Of a stretch of 64,000 nucleotides of DNA, positions 37,261-46,310 are shown piece after piece (the first letter of the stretch is position 1; each line of letters starts with the position of its first letter). The position numbers and the translations under genes are program-made. The notes below the pieces were generated by a model that was not told the DNA's origin, did not search any database, and saw only the letters and a program-made list of their open reading frames with translations. The DNA is from Endomicrobiales bacterium. Its GTDB lineage: Bacteria; Elusimicrobiota; Endomicrobiia; Endomicrobiales; JAFGIL01. The stretch lies in NCBI GenBank assembly GCA_016929635.1, contig JAFGIL010000010.1, forward strand, positions 829 to 64,828, written 5' to 3'.

Positions 37261-39792
37261 TCATTGATTAATATACCCCCACTCCTCAAGCATGGAGCGA
37301 AGCTGTTTTGAGGATTTACCCGGCTCCTTCCTCTCAGTTAATTCATCATAAACTGTTCCCAGCAGTAATCTGTTCCCTTTAATAAATCTGAAATCATCCG
37401 GCCAGCCATCTATTTTATCCCGTTCAGAAGATGTTATTTTATATGAATCAAGCATAGGCAAGGCATATCTGCCAACAAGAATTTCTCCGTACTTCACCTG
37501 CCTGCCGTCCAAATATGAATTGATTGTAAATTCCAAATTTTCAGGTGTAATCCTGAATGACAATTCATCATCAGGATTTAATTTAAAACTGCAGTATCTT
37601 CTGCCTTTATTGAGAATCTCAGACGATGTTTCAATCCCGGATATCTCCCCTTTTGCATACAAATTAACTCTTACTGATCTATCTTTTTCTCCCAAAAACT
37701 TAACTTTATATTTTTTGCTTTTAGGCACATAGGCTTCCAACAGCCTTTTCATTCTTGGTAAGAGCGTTTTATTGAAGGGATGCTTATATGCCAGATTATT
37801 TTCACACAACGGGTCTTCTATGATGTTAAAAAGTTCATCAGCCACAACCGACTCTTCCGGAAATTTATTGCGCGGAGCAAAATTGTTGACGTATAGCCAC
37901 TCATTCTTCCAGTAAATCCCGTAGTTCTGCCATCCCTGGTGAAATGATACAATTTCTTCTTTTAACTCTTGTCCGGAAAACACGGCTTTTAAACTTTTTC
38001 CCTGAAACTCTTTTGGTATTTTCAGGTTCAATAGATCCAAAATGGTGGGGGCCAGGTCAAGCAGCTGTATTTTATCTTCAATTTTCAAGCCATTTTTGAC
38101 GTCGGGAATTAACATTTCTTCGGGTAATACAAAAAATAGCGGTACATTAATATCTTCAGGAATTAGCGATACTCCATGCGAGTGAAAAGTTACTTTTTTC
38201 TTCCTCCAGGGCCCGAACTTTGTCGGCCAGTCATATTCAAGTGTCCTGAAAGTAACACCGTGGTCAGATGTAAAAATAATAATCGTATCTTTATCCAGTC
38301 CGGAAGCCTCAAGATATTTTCTCAGCTGCCCGATATAGTCATCATGATAGATAATCTCACCCAGATAAAGTATCTTTCTGAAATTACGCAGAATACCGCC
38401 TCTTTTTACTGACTTCCAGACATATTTCAGCGGAGGCCGGTAAGGCCCGTGAGGCCCGTCATAATAAAGCATCATGAAAAACTTTTCCCTGCCGTGAGCT
38501 TTAAGCCACTTAATGCCCTCTTTTGTAACATGAGGAGGGCTGTACCCGGAATGCTCAAGGTTTATTACCTCATCGAAACCCAGGTCAGCGGAAAACCCCT
38601 GTCCGTCGGAAAAAAGAGAGCATGAGCCTATGGCCGCTGTTCTGTACCTGTTTTCCTTTAACTTAGAAAGAAGCGTCGGGAGTTTTCTTTCATAAAACTT
38701 CTCCCTTGCTTTTTTTGTTACCTCATAGTGAGTTGATATCTCGGAAATCCCGCTCGGGGGCTGCGACATTAGAAACGAAGGCACTGAAAGCTTGGTCATG
38801 TTTCCGTTAGAAAAAGCTTTGTTGAAATTTATGCCGCTTTCAGCATATCGCCATAAATTAGGAGAAAACCTGCTGTTTAAATGGTCTCTTCTGAACGAAT
38901 CAATAACTATTAAAATAACATTTGGTTCTTTTTGCTCGGTTACCTTAGTATAAATACCTGGCTGTGCCCAGAAAGCAAGAGTCGTGGTAGTGCTTATTTT
39001 CGGATAAGAATTCAAATCCGAAACATTCAAAGCCTGGCCGTAACACAATCCGGTGTCACAGGTTTTACATGCATCTCCATCAACTTCAAAAGATTCATCT
39101 GAAAGGTTGATATTTTCGGTTATGAATCGGATTTTAACCCACTGTTTCTCAAAATCCTTCAAGTCAACTTCCGCAAAATTCCATTTCCCGTCCCTTTCCT
39201 GTATCTGGGGATGGAAGTATTTATAGAAATTTTTGTAGTATCCGTCATGTGACTTCCACCTAAACGGGAGCAAGGGATACTCTGTTTTCTCAAAAACGAC
39301 GTGCGATTCCTTCTTCCTGTCAATAACGAATATTTTAAAACTGGCCGGTAAAAATATTGCCCTGTCGATAGATGAGACTATGCCGTAATCGAACTTCAGT
39401 ATGGGGTTTTCAGGGAGATAAAGCGCATATTCAATCACAGACGGAGTAGGAGCCATGATACAGTCCCGATGATCTGTTTTCAGGGGGAACCAGCCCAGTG
39501 ACAAATGCATATTCAAATCATGCATATGCTGGGATGGATGGTTTTGAAAGTATTGATACATTGCTAAATAATCCTTTGCTGAATCAAGGTCTCCTGTTTT
39601 TATCTTTGCATTTTTCAGGCCTTCCGTAAAATCATAGTAAAGCCTGTGCTTTACACTGAATTCTTGTCCGGGCAAGTCTGCCATTTCTATCCTTTGATCC
39701 CGAGGAATAACCAAAGACAGATAAAATACAGCAAATGCTATCAATAAAAATAAAAAAGTTATAAATATTATGCGCAAATAATCCTTAATCAT
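37261..39792 (-). CDS. Sulfatase-family (alkaline-phosphatase superfamily) membrane-anchored hydrolase/transferase
   Basis: About 843 aa from the ATG at 39792 (MIKDYLRIIFITFLFLLIAFAVF). The track's GTG at 39807 lies inside the REP hairpin. Core motifs are NVILIVIDSFRRDHL and IIIFTSDHG. Confidence 0.7.
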   Translation of the reverse strand: MIKDYLRIIFITFLFLLIAFAVFYLSLVIPRDQRIEMADLPGQEFSVKHRLYYDFTEGLKNAKIKTGDLDSAKDYLAMYQYFQNHPSQHMHDLNMHLSLGWFPLKTDHRDCIMAPTPSVIEYALYLPENPILKFDYGIVSSIDRAIFLPASFKIFVIDRKKESHVVFEKTEYPLLPFRWKSHDGYYKNFYKYFHPQIQERDGKWNFAEVDLKDFEKQWVKIRFITENINLSDESFEVDGDACKTCDTGLCYGQALNVSDLNSYPKISTTTTLAFWAQPGIYTKVTEQKEPNVILIVIDSFRRDHLNSRFSPNLWRYAESGINFNKAFSNGNMTKLSVPSFLMSQPPSGISEISTHYEVTKKAREKFYERKLPTLLSKLKENRYRTAAIGSCSLFSDGQGFSADLGFDEVINLEHSGYSPPHVTKEGIKWLKAHGREKFFMMLYYDGPHGPYRPPLKYVWKSVKRGGILRNFRKILYLGEIIYHDDYIGQLRKYLEASGLDKDTIIIFTSDHGVTFRTLEYDWPTKFGPWRKKKVTFHSHGVSLIPEDINVPLFFVLPEEMLIPDVKNGLKIEDKIQLLDLAPTILDLLNLKIPKEFQGKSLKAVFSGQELKEEIVSFHQGWQNYGIYWKNEWLYVNNFAPRNKFPEESVVADELFNIIEDPLCENNLAYKHPFNKTLLPRMKRLLEAYVPKSKKYKVKFLGEKDRSVRVNLYAKGEISGIETSSEILNKGRRYCSFKLNPDDELSFRITPENLEFTINSYLDGRQVKYGEILVGRYALPMLDSYKITSSERDKIDGWPDDFRFIKGNRLLLGTVYDELTERKEPGKSSKQLRSMLEEWGYINQ

Positions 39793-39799
39793 TTTACCC

Positions 39800-39837
39800 T
39801 TGCACACCCCCGCGGTGTGTTTCGCTATGGTTTTTCA
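39800..39837 (+). repeat. REP hairpin copy, inverted relative to the other three (3' flank of the RAYT gene)
   Basis: TTGCACACCCCCGCGGTGTG at 39800..39819, followed by a degenerate ATGGTT tail. Confidence 0.85.
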
Positions 39838-39874
39838 ATGTGTTTTTGTAGGATAATTCCATATTGATAGATTT

Positions 39875-40570
39875 CTACTCCAACAGGAGCTTCTTTATTT
39901 TTGCTAATTCCTTTTGATATGAAATATTATCATATACAAACCTTTTATAGTCTTCCGGATTAATATCCAGCAAATCATCATAGTTGCATATCTTTTTGTT
40001 ACTTTGAGTTTTATTTATATATTCATCAAATGAAGAGTGCTTCCAGTCATCTGGAATACTTACTAAACCCGCAGTTGTAGGATTAAGATGCAAATAACAC
40101 GTTAAATAAAGCAGTTGTTCTTGCGTCCTGACTGCTACATGTTTGAATCTACTTTCCCATAACGGGCCTTTTCGTTTATGTTTTGTGTTGAAATATCGTG
40201 TATAGCTGTTTAAAACATTATTCATAAATATAGAAATTCCGTTTTTTTCTTTCTGCTTCAGGACTAAATGAATATGAGTCGGCATGAGGCAATAAGTTAT
40301 TATTTCAACAAGCATATCTTGATTAGCAACATGTTCTGTTATAAATCTCTCATCATTTAATGATTCATTTTTTCTTAAGCACACTGAAAGACTTATATTT
40401 TGCCTAAACTTATAGTACTGGACTAATTGTATAAACCTTAAAAACTCATTGTTATCATTAAAAATCAGGTACTTAGCAATACTTCTATTGAATACATGAT
40501 AAACTCCATCTATTGCAAGCTTCTGATTTCTATATGGCATAAATCCATCCAAAACACATTGCAATTTCAA
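39875..40570 (-). CDS. REP-associated tyrosine transposase (RAYT; IS200/IS605 TnpA-like Y1 HUH enzyme)
   Basis: YHVFNRS..., the HUH motif in LMPTHIHLVLKQ, and the catalytic-Tyr helix YLTCYLHLNPTTAGLVSIPDDWKHSSFDEY. The track start is a TTG; the ATG at 40540 (MPYRNQ...) is more likely. Confidence 0.85.
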   Translation of the reverse strand: MKLQCVLDGFMPYRNQKLAIDGVYHVFNRSIAKYLIFNDNNEFLRFIQLVQYYKFRQNISLSVCLRKNESLNDERFITEHVANQDMLVEIITYCLMPTHIHLVLKQKEKNGISIFMNNVLNSYTRYFNTKHKRKGPLWESRFKHVAVRTQEQLLYLTCYLHLNPTTAGLVSIPDDWKHSSFDEYINKTQSNKKICNYDDLLDINPEDYKRFVYDNISYQKELAKIKKLLLE

Positions 40571-40597
40571 CCATATTCACACCGCGGGGGTGTGCAA
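40567..40597 (-). repeat. REP hairpin copy (5' flank of the RAYT gene)
   Basis: tcaaccatattCACACCGCGGGGGTGTGcaa is identical over 31 nt to the copy at 44592..44622. Confidence 0.9.
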
Positions 40598-40600
40598 AGG

Positions 40601-42685
40601 TTAAAATCCTATTTTGTCGCTGTCGTTTTCCATAAGTTTAATAAGGACTTGCTTTAACTCCCTGACTTTTCTTGGATTTTTATCCGCAACATCGACATTG
40701 TATCCTGTTTCATTTTTTATGTCGTAAAGCTCATACTTAACGCCTTCCCGAGTAGGTATATAGATAAGCCTGTAATTTCCATCGTCAATCATCCTGTGTT
40801 TTGCAATATTCAGCAGGTCCTGGTATTTATCCTTGATGATTACTTCCATATTATAAGTAAAATCAATCTCTGATATCCCGGTTATATCAGGATACATAAT
40901 GCGCTGCTCCTGATAAAACGCCTCAACAACATCGCTGAACCATATACCTGTCTCGGAAAATGCAACCAGTCCAAAATCCTGGTTCTCATCCCTTATTAGA
41001 GGCATCAAGCTTACTCCGTCAATTCCTTCGGGTATCCCCAGTTGCAGATAATCAAAAATAGTCGGCATCACGTCAACATCCCTTGTGACTTTCTCGACCT
41101 TTCTTTTTTTGAACAGTCCGTCAGGGAATCTGACAACTAACGGGACATTCAAAACATTCGGCCCTCTCAGGTGCTCGCCGTGCCCTATTGACCAACCATT
41201 CTCGTAAAGATTCTCGCCGTGATCAGCGGTTATTATAATGATAGTTTTATCAAAAACCTTTTTTCTCTTTAAAAATTCCGTTATATCTCCCACCGCTGAG
41301 TCAAAAGAGCTCACAGCTCCTTTATATAAACCCCGAATCTGCATTAAATCCTCTTCGTCAAAGGATTCCTTTTCATAAATCGTAGGCGGCTTCATATATT
41401 TATATTTTTTCCTGTAACCGGGCAGGGCATATTTTCTATAAAAAGGGTTTGGGGATGCGTAAGGAAAATGCGTTGCCGAAAAAAAAGTCAGGCAGCAAAA
41501 TTTCTCGCCTTTCATCAAGCATTTCAAAGTAGATTTGAGTTCCCCCGTAAGCAAAAATGGATCCCCGTTATTTGCCAGTTCCTTGAGTTCCGGAAAGATT
41601 GTGCGGGCAAAATTGTTTGTCAGATAAGGCAAAAGCATTAGATGCATTTCAAGTGAACGCTGGTTAATAATTGTCACAAAATTAAAATACGGCACCTTTA
41701 TCTTATCAAAACCTATATCCATTCTTGAAAAAACATCACCGGCAAAATCACTTACAACCGCTGTCCTGTATCCCTGTTTCCGCAGCATTTCTACAAAACT
41801 GTGTTTTCTGTGGTCTCTTTCCCACTTACTCGGAAACATATGCCTTACCCCGTGATTTAAGGGGTATTTCCCGGTTAGAAAAGATATCATGGCCGGAAAA
41901 GTCCGGGGCAAAGAGGTGTGAGCTGAATCGAACACAACTCCCTCATCAATCAGTTTGTTAATATTCGGGGTAACTTCCCTTTCATAGATCATGTCTTTTC
42001 TCAGGGAATCGGATGCAAGAATCAGTATGTTAGGCCCTTTGTTTTTATGGGATATGTTTAGGATATCCTTCATAAAAACAAATAAAACCAGGACTATGAA
42101 CACAGTTGCCAGCTTTACCCTTAACCTTGCATTATTTTTCAACCAAATCAATATAGAACTTAATAACAGCAGTATCAATAATACTTTTAGGGATAGCAGG
42201 GGCCAATCACCCATATAGTCAGTAACAAAAATCTGAAAAGCGCCAAGAATACCGCCTTTGTCGTAAAAAGCTTCCGAGTAAAGCTGAGGATATTTTTTTA
42301 ATGAGGCCAGCAGGAAATAAGCAAAAACCGTAAATATCCATAAAACACGCAGGCCCGCTTCACATCTCTGTTCTTTTGTAAATGAGAAAGGAGAAGGGTT
42401 GGAATTTTCTCTAAACAAATTCCTTACAACAAAATCCGAAGTTAATCCTACGATATATCCTATAATAGCGTATACCAGAAGTATTTTTACCTGGATGTAA
42501 AGAATGTACGGCCAGAATTTGTTTATTATGAGCTCCGAAACATCCGACTGGGTAATCCCCATCAAACTGAATCCGAAGTTCCAGATAAGAGAAATGAAAA
42601 AAAGGAAAGAATAGAAAACTATCCCGTATAAAGCGCCGCACGGCAAAAAGCGTTTTAATATAGGACAGACCCGATCTCTGAACAC
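40601..42685 (-). CDS. Polytopic membrane protein with C-terminal sulfatase/phosphoethanolamine-transferase-like domain
   Basis: 694 aa. About 5-6 N-terminal TM helices, then NILILASDSLRKD, HTSLPRTFPAMISFLTGKYP and IIITADHGE. There is no C/S-x-P-x-R formylglycine motif, so it looks like an EptA/LtaS-type transferase rather than a true sulfatase. Confidence 0.7.
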   Translation of the reverse strand: MFRDRVCPILKRFLPCGALYGIVFYSFLFFISLIWNFGFSLMGITQSDVSELIINKFWPYILYIQVKILLVYAIIGYIVGLTSDFVVRNLFRENSNPSPFSFTKEQRCEAGLRVLWIFTVFAYFLLASLKKYPQLYSEAFYDKGGILGAFQIFVTDYMGDWPLLSLKVLLILLLLSSILIWLKNNARLRVKLATVFIVLVLFVFMKDILNISHKNKGPNILILASDSLRKDMIYEREVTPNINKLIDEGVVFDSAHTSLPRTFPAMISFLTGKYPLNHGVRHMFPSKWERDHRKHSFVEMLRKQGYRTAVVSDFAGDVFSRMDIGFDKIKVPYFNFVTIINQRSLEMHLMLLPYLTNNFARTIFPELKELANNGDPFLLTGELKSTLKCLMKGEKFCCLTFFSATHFPYASPNPFYRKYALPGYRKKYKYMKPPTIYEKESFDEEDLMQIRGLYKGAVSSFDSAVGDITEFLKRKKVFDKTIIIITADHGENLYENGWSIGHGEHLRGPNVLNVPLVVRFPDGLFKKRKVEKVTRDVDVMPTIFDYLQLGIPEGIDGVSLMPLIRDENQDFGLVAFSETGIWFSDVVEAFYQEQRIMYPDITGISEIDFTYNMEVIIKDKYQDLLNIAKHRMIDDGNYRLIYIPTREGVKYELYDIKNETGYNVDVADKNPRKVRELKQVLIKLMENDSDKIGF

Positions 42686-43605
42686 ACTTCCTCCACTTGT
42701 ATATCCTGCATATCGTTTTTCTTTATTACTTTATGTTTGCTTAACGGCTGGGGGCCTATCTGGTTCGGATCCGTAGGTCCGAAAAGAGCTACAACAGGTA
42801 TGCTGAGGCTTGCTGCTAAATGCATGGCGCCTGAGTCAATACCTACAAATATTTTCGCTTTCTTTATTAAAGCAGCAAGCGGCATAATTCCGTCTGGTTT
42901 TGAAAAGATTTTCATGGAAGGAGTAAAACTATTTGAAATTGTCCTTAATTCATCTATTTCGCTTTGCGAACCTATAAGAACGGGAGAAAATCCTTTATTG
43001 AGAATCCACATTATTAAACTTATCCAGTTTTTTTGCATCCATTGTTTATGTTTCCTTCTGGAACTGGACCCCGGAGCAACGATTACCAGCTTATTTGCGT
43101 CAATATTCTCCTTTTTTAACCAATAATCAGCTTTTTCCGATTCATATCCCGGGACTTTTACTAATCCAGTATAATCTTTGGGTATTTCAATCAACCCCAG
43201 GCTTTTTCCCAAATTCATGTTATTAAGCAAAGACGGTACTCCGGCACGTTTTACTTTTTCTGTTAAAATAAAGCTCGAAACCAAAGAAGAAAAACCGCAG
43301 CGTTTTTGAATGCCCGCAAAATAGCTTAACAGCAAAGATTCGGGTGATTCGGAAAAAAGCACTGCTTTATTGAATTTCTTTTCCTTTAATAACTTCAGGA
43401 TTCTATATTTTAGAAATATATTTTCCCTGGGTTTCACGATAACTTCGTCAACAAGGCCTGTAGCTTCAAGAAGCAAGACAAGTTCCGGCCTTACAAGGCT
43501 GCTCAATTTTACATCCCTCAGCTCTTTTTTAGCTGCGTATAATACAGGCAAGCTGAATAGCAGGTCGCCCAGCTGATTCATATGGAAAAAAATTATTTTA
43601 TCCAT
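42655..43605 (-). CDS. Glycosyltransferase family 9 (heptosyltransferase-like)
   Basis: The likely start is the ATG at 43605 (MDKIIFFHMNQLGDLLFSLPV). C-terminal GIDSGAMHLAASLSIPVVALFGPT. Confidence 0.8.
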   Translation of the reverse strand: MDKIIFFHMNQLGDLLFSLPVLYAAKKELRDVKLSSLVRPELVLLLEATGLVDEVIVKPRENIFLKYRILKLLKEKKFNKAVLFSESPESLLLSYFAGIQKRCGFSSLVSSFILTEKVKRAGVPSLLNNMNLGKSLGLIEIPKDYTGLVKVPGYESEKADYWLKKENIDANKLVIVAPGSSSRRKHKQWMQKNWISLIMWILNKGFSPVLIGSQSEIDELRTISNSFTPSMKIFSKPDGIMPLAALIKKAKIFVGIDSGAMHLAASLSIPVVALFGPTDPNQIGPQPLSKHKVIKKNDMQDIQVEEVCSEIGSVLY

Positions 43606-44588
43606 TTTTTTACTTCCTTTAATACATCTTCGGGTTTTATTTCCCTTAAACAGGGAAAATCCTTGCACTTAGGCTGTGTCCTGCACGGAGAACAGGGATA
43701 ATCTTTTCTTATTATAACAGCGTTCCTTGAAATCGGGGCAGTTTCGTTTACGTCAGATCCTCCGAAGATTGCTATTGTAGGAATATTCAGGGCTGCGGCA
43801 AGCTGTACCGGGCCGGTATCTCCCCCGATTACTAACCTGCATTTTTTCAATATACCATGAAGCGCAGGTAAAGAAGTCTGCCCGCATAAATTTATAATGT
43901 CGGGATTATTAGTTGGTTCAAAGTCGCCTTTATTGCCTAAAATTAAAATCTTAATATCGTACTCCAGCTTTAACATTGAATCAATAAGCTCCATATAGTG
44001 TTGCTTTGGCCATCTTTTTGATAACCCCCGCGCATGCGGCACAATGCCGATAATTCTGTCTGAAATAGGGAGTCCATTTTTTTCAAGTATTTCCTCAGTC
44101 CGCTTCTCGCTTTCGGGCGTTGCCTTAATGTTGAACTTAGGTTCTACTTTTTTCCCTGCAATAAAACGGACCGTCTCAAGGTTCCTGTTAACGGCATTGA
44201 AAGAACTGCTTTCAGGAAAAACCTCCTTTTCAAAAATCCAGCTGAACTCCTTTAATCCCGGAACACCTATCCTTTGTCTTGCTCCGGATAAAAGCGAAAT
44301 AAGGCTTGTCCTCAGCAAACCCTGTAAATCAATAACCAAATCAAATCTTTTTTCCTGAACACTCATTATCACCCGGAGAAACTCAACTATCCCATTGTTT
44401 CTATTCCACACCATAATGTCATCTACATCGGGGAAAAGGGATAACAAATCTGCAAACGTATCAAAGACAAGCCAGGATATATTACTGTCCGGGTAAAGCT
44501 TCTTTAAAGCAACCAGAGTCGGATTTGCATGTATTATATCACCAAATGAGCTTGGTTTTATTATTAAAATCTTCATAAACACCTTCAT
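43593..44588 (-). CDS. Glycosyltransferase family 9 (heptosyltransferase-like)
   Basis: ILIIKPSSFGDIIHANP, GGDTGPVQLAAALNIPTIAIFG and a CSPC...C tail. Confidence 0.8.
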   Translation of the reverse strand: MKVFMKILIIKPSSFGDIIHANPTLVALKKLYPDSNISWLVFDTFADLLSLFPDVDDIMVWNRNNGIVEFLRVIMSVQEKRFDLVIDLQGLLRTSLISLLSGARQRIGVPGLKEFSWIFEKEVFPESSSFNAVNRNLETVRFIAGKKVEPKFNIKATPESEKRTEEILEKNGLPISDRIIGIVPHARGLSKRWPKQHYMELIDSMLKLEYDIKILILGNKGDFEPTNNPDIINLCGQTSLPALHGILKKCRLVIGGDTGPVQLAAALNIPTIAIFGGSDVNETAPISRNAVIIRKDYPCSPCRTQPKCKDFPCLREIKPEDVLKEVKKWIK

Positions 44589-46285
44589 TTTTCAACCATA
44601 TTCACACCGCGGGGGTGTGCAAGAAAGGTTTTGGATGCTTCAAATACTTCGTCCACTGTAACCAGCTCCATACATTTTTTGGTTACACAGTTACGATTGC
44701 GGCATGGCTGACAATCAACCTTATGCTGAATAATCTTTACATTTTTACCGTAAGGACCTGTACGGTTGGCGATAGTCGGCCCTAGTATGGCAACAACAGG
44801 AACGTTTAATGCACAGGCTAAATGCATGGGCCCTGCTTCATTTCCGACAAATAAACAGCTTTTTTTAAACAATGCCGCAACTTCATTTAAATTGAGCATT
44901 CCTGTTAAATCTGTCATACCGTTTTTACTCTTATGCTTTATTAACTGGTTCAATCCTTTCTCGCTTGCTCCTCCTTCTTTTCCTCCTATAAGTATCACCT
45001 GCGCTCCGAATTCAGAAACTAATTTATCTGCAAGCTCAGAAAACCTTTCAGGAAACCAGCGCCTGGCAATCCATCCCCCGCCCGGAAACATAATCACAAC
45101 AGGTTTTTCTGCATTAATACCTTTTTCTTTTAAAATACTATCGACCCTTTTAGCGACCTCTTCCTTGATAATAATTTTATATTCAGGGTTATCCTTCAGG
45201 CATCCCAAATATTCCGCAACTCTTAGATGCCGGTTAATACAATGAGTATCGATTTTTTCAGGCTTAATTTCTTTCGAGAACAGCCAGGACAGCTCTTTCA
45301 TCCCATAAGTGGAGCCCGACGCAAGCTTAAACCTGGCACCTGCCATCCATACCATAAATGCGGATTTAAACAATCCGTGCAAATCTATGCTTAAATCAAT
45401 CTGTTTTGACCTCAAATATTTTCTCAGTTTCGAGAAGTAACCTAATCCTGTTTTTCTTCGGTCAAATATAATCACTTCATCCAAATCCGGGTTGCCTTCC
45501 AAAACCGGCGCACAGCGTTCGTCAACAAACCACCCTATCCATGCTTTGGGATACTTTTTTCTTAAAGCGGACAGCGTAGGCAGTGCAAAAACAACATCAC
45601 CTATGCGGCTTGGCTGAACTATAAGAATTTTCGGGCACGGATGATGCTCCAGATATTCCCTGGCATCTTTTGACCAGAAATAGTTATTCGTGAACAAAGA
45701 CAGCTCTTCCAGGGATTCTTTTATATCTCTTGTATAATTCTCAATTTCTGTTTCTTTCTCTATTTTTACAGGTTTGCCATACGCCACTACAGCCCTGGAA
45801 AAAGGGACCGGCAGCTTATACTGGTCCCATGTTTTCCTAAGCAGTTTATGTTTTTTTGAACAAGTGCTTACAGGGACAAGCAGTCTGTTTGACTTCATAG
45901 CAAGATAAAGGACACCCGGTTTCACGTCGTGCAGAGGGCCTTTCGGGCCGTCTACCGCAAAAGCAGTGGAATATCCGTTTTTTACCATGCGTATTATCTT
46001 CACCAATGCTTTTTCCCCGCCTTTAGTCGAAGAACCCCTTACCACCGAATATCCAAGCAGCTGAAGTATACCGCTTTGTATTTCCCCGTCCCTTGAAAGG
46101 CTGCTCATGAGCACGGCTTTCCTGCTCTGCCTTTGGCAATAAAGAAGAAATTGCTCTCCATGCCAGAACGCAAATACAACGTTTTCTTCTTTTCTCCAGA
46201 CTTCGCCGTTTACTTCATCAATCCGCAAAGTCATATTGAGCAATCTTATTATTATCCATCCGATAAAAGATATGAGTTTTGTCAT
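44585..46285 (-). CDS. Fusion protein: DUF374 (lysophospholipid-acyltransferase-like) + GT9 heptosyltransferase-like domain
   Basis: The N-terminal ~200 aa carry FAFWHGEQFLL...SLSRDGEIQSGILQLLGYSVVRGSSTKGG...FAVDGPKGP (DUF374). The C-terminal ~350 aa carry ILIVQPSRIGDVVFALPT...GNEAGPMHLACALNVPVVAILGPT (GT9). Confidence 0.75.
   Translation of the reverse strand: MTKLISFIGWIIIRLLNMTLRIDEVNGEVWRKEENVVFAFWHGEQFLLYCQRQSRKAVLMSSLSRDGEIQSGILQLLGYSVVRGSSTKGGEKALVKIIRMVKNGYSTAFAVDGPKGPLHDVKPGVLYLAMKSNRLLVPVSTCSKKHKLLRKTWDQYKLPVPFSRAVVAYGKPVKIEKETEIENYTRDIKESLEELSLFTNNYFWSKDAREYLEHHPCPKILIVQPSRIGDVVFALPTLSALRKKYPKAWIGWFVDERCAPVLEGNPDLDEVIIFDRRKTGLGYFSKLRKYLRSKQIDLSIDLHGLFKSAFMVWMAGARFKLASGSTYGMKELSWLFSKEIKPEKIDTHCINRHLRVAEYLGCLKDNPEYKIIIKEEVAKRVDSILKEKGINAEKPVVIMFPGGGWIARRWFPERFSELADKLVSEFGAQVILIGGKEGGASEKGLNQLIKHKSKNGMTDLTGMLNLNEVAALFKKSCLFVGNEAGPMHLACALNVPVVAILGPTIANRTGPYGKNVKIIQHKVDCQPCRNRNCVTKKCMELVTVDEVFEASKTFLAHPRGVNMVEK
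44592..44622 (-). repeat. REP hairpin copy inside the 3' end of the DUF374-GT9 gene
   Basis: tcaaccatattCACACCGCGGGGGTGTGcaa. It encodes the terminal peptide AHPRGVNMVEK and ends beside the ATGA stop/start overlap with the next gene. Confidence 0.9.
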
Positions 46286-46310
46286 CTTAAAATCCAGATA
46301 CTAAAACAAC

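Larger units (their letters stand above)
39800..40597 (-). mobile_element. RAYT gene bracketed by inverted REP hairpins (REP/RAYT unit)
   Basis: REP cores at 39803..39819 and 40578..40594 lie in opposite orientation on either side of the Y1-transposase-like CDS. Confidence 0.75.
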
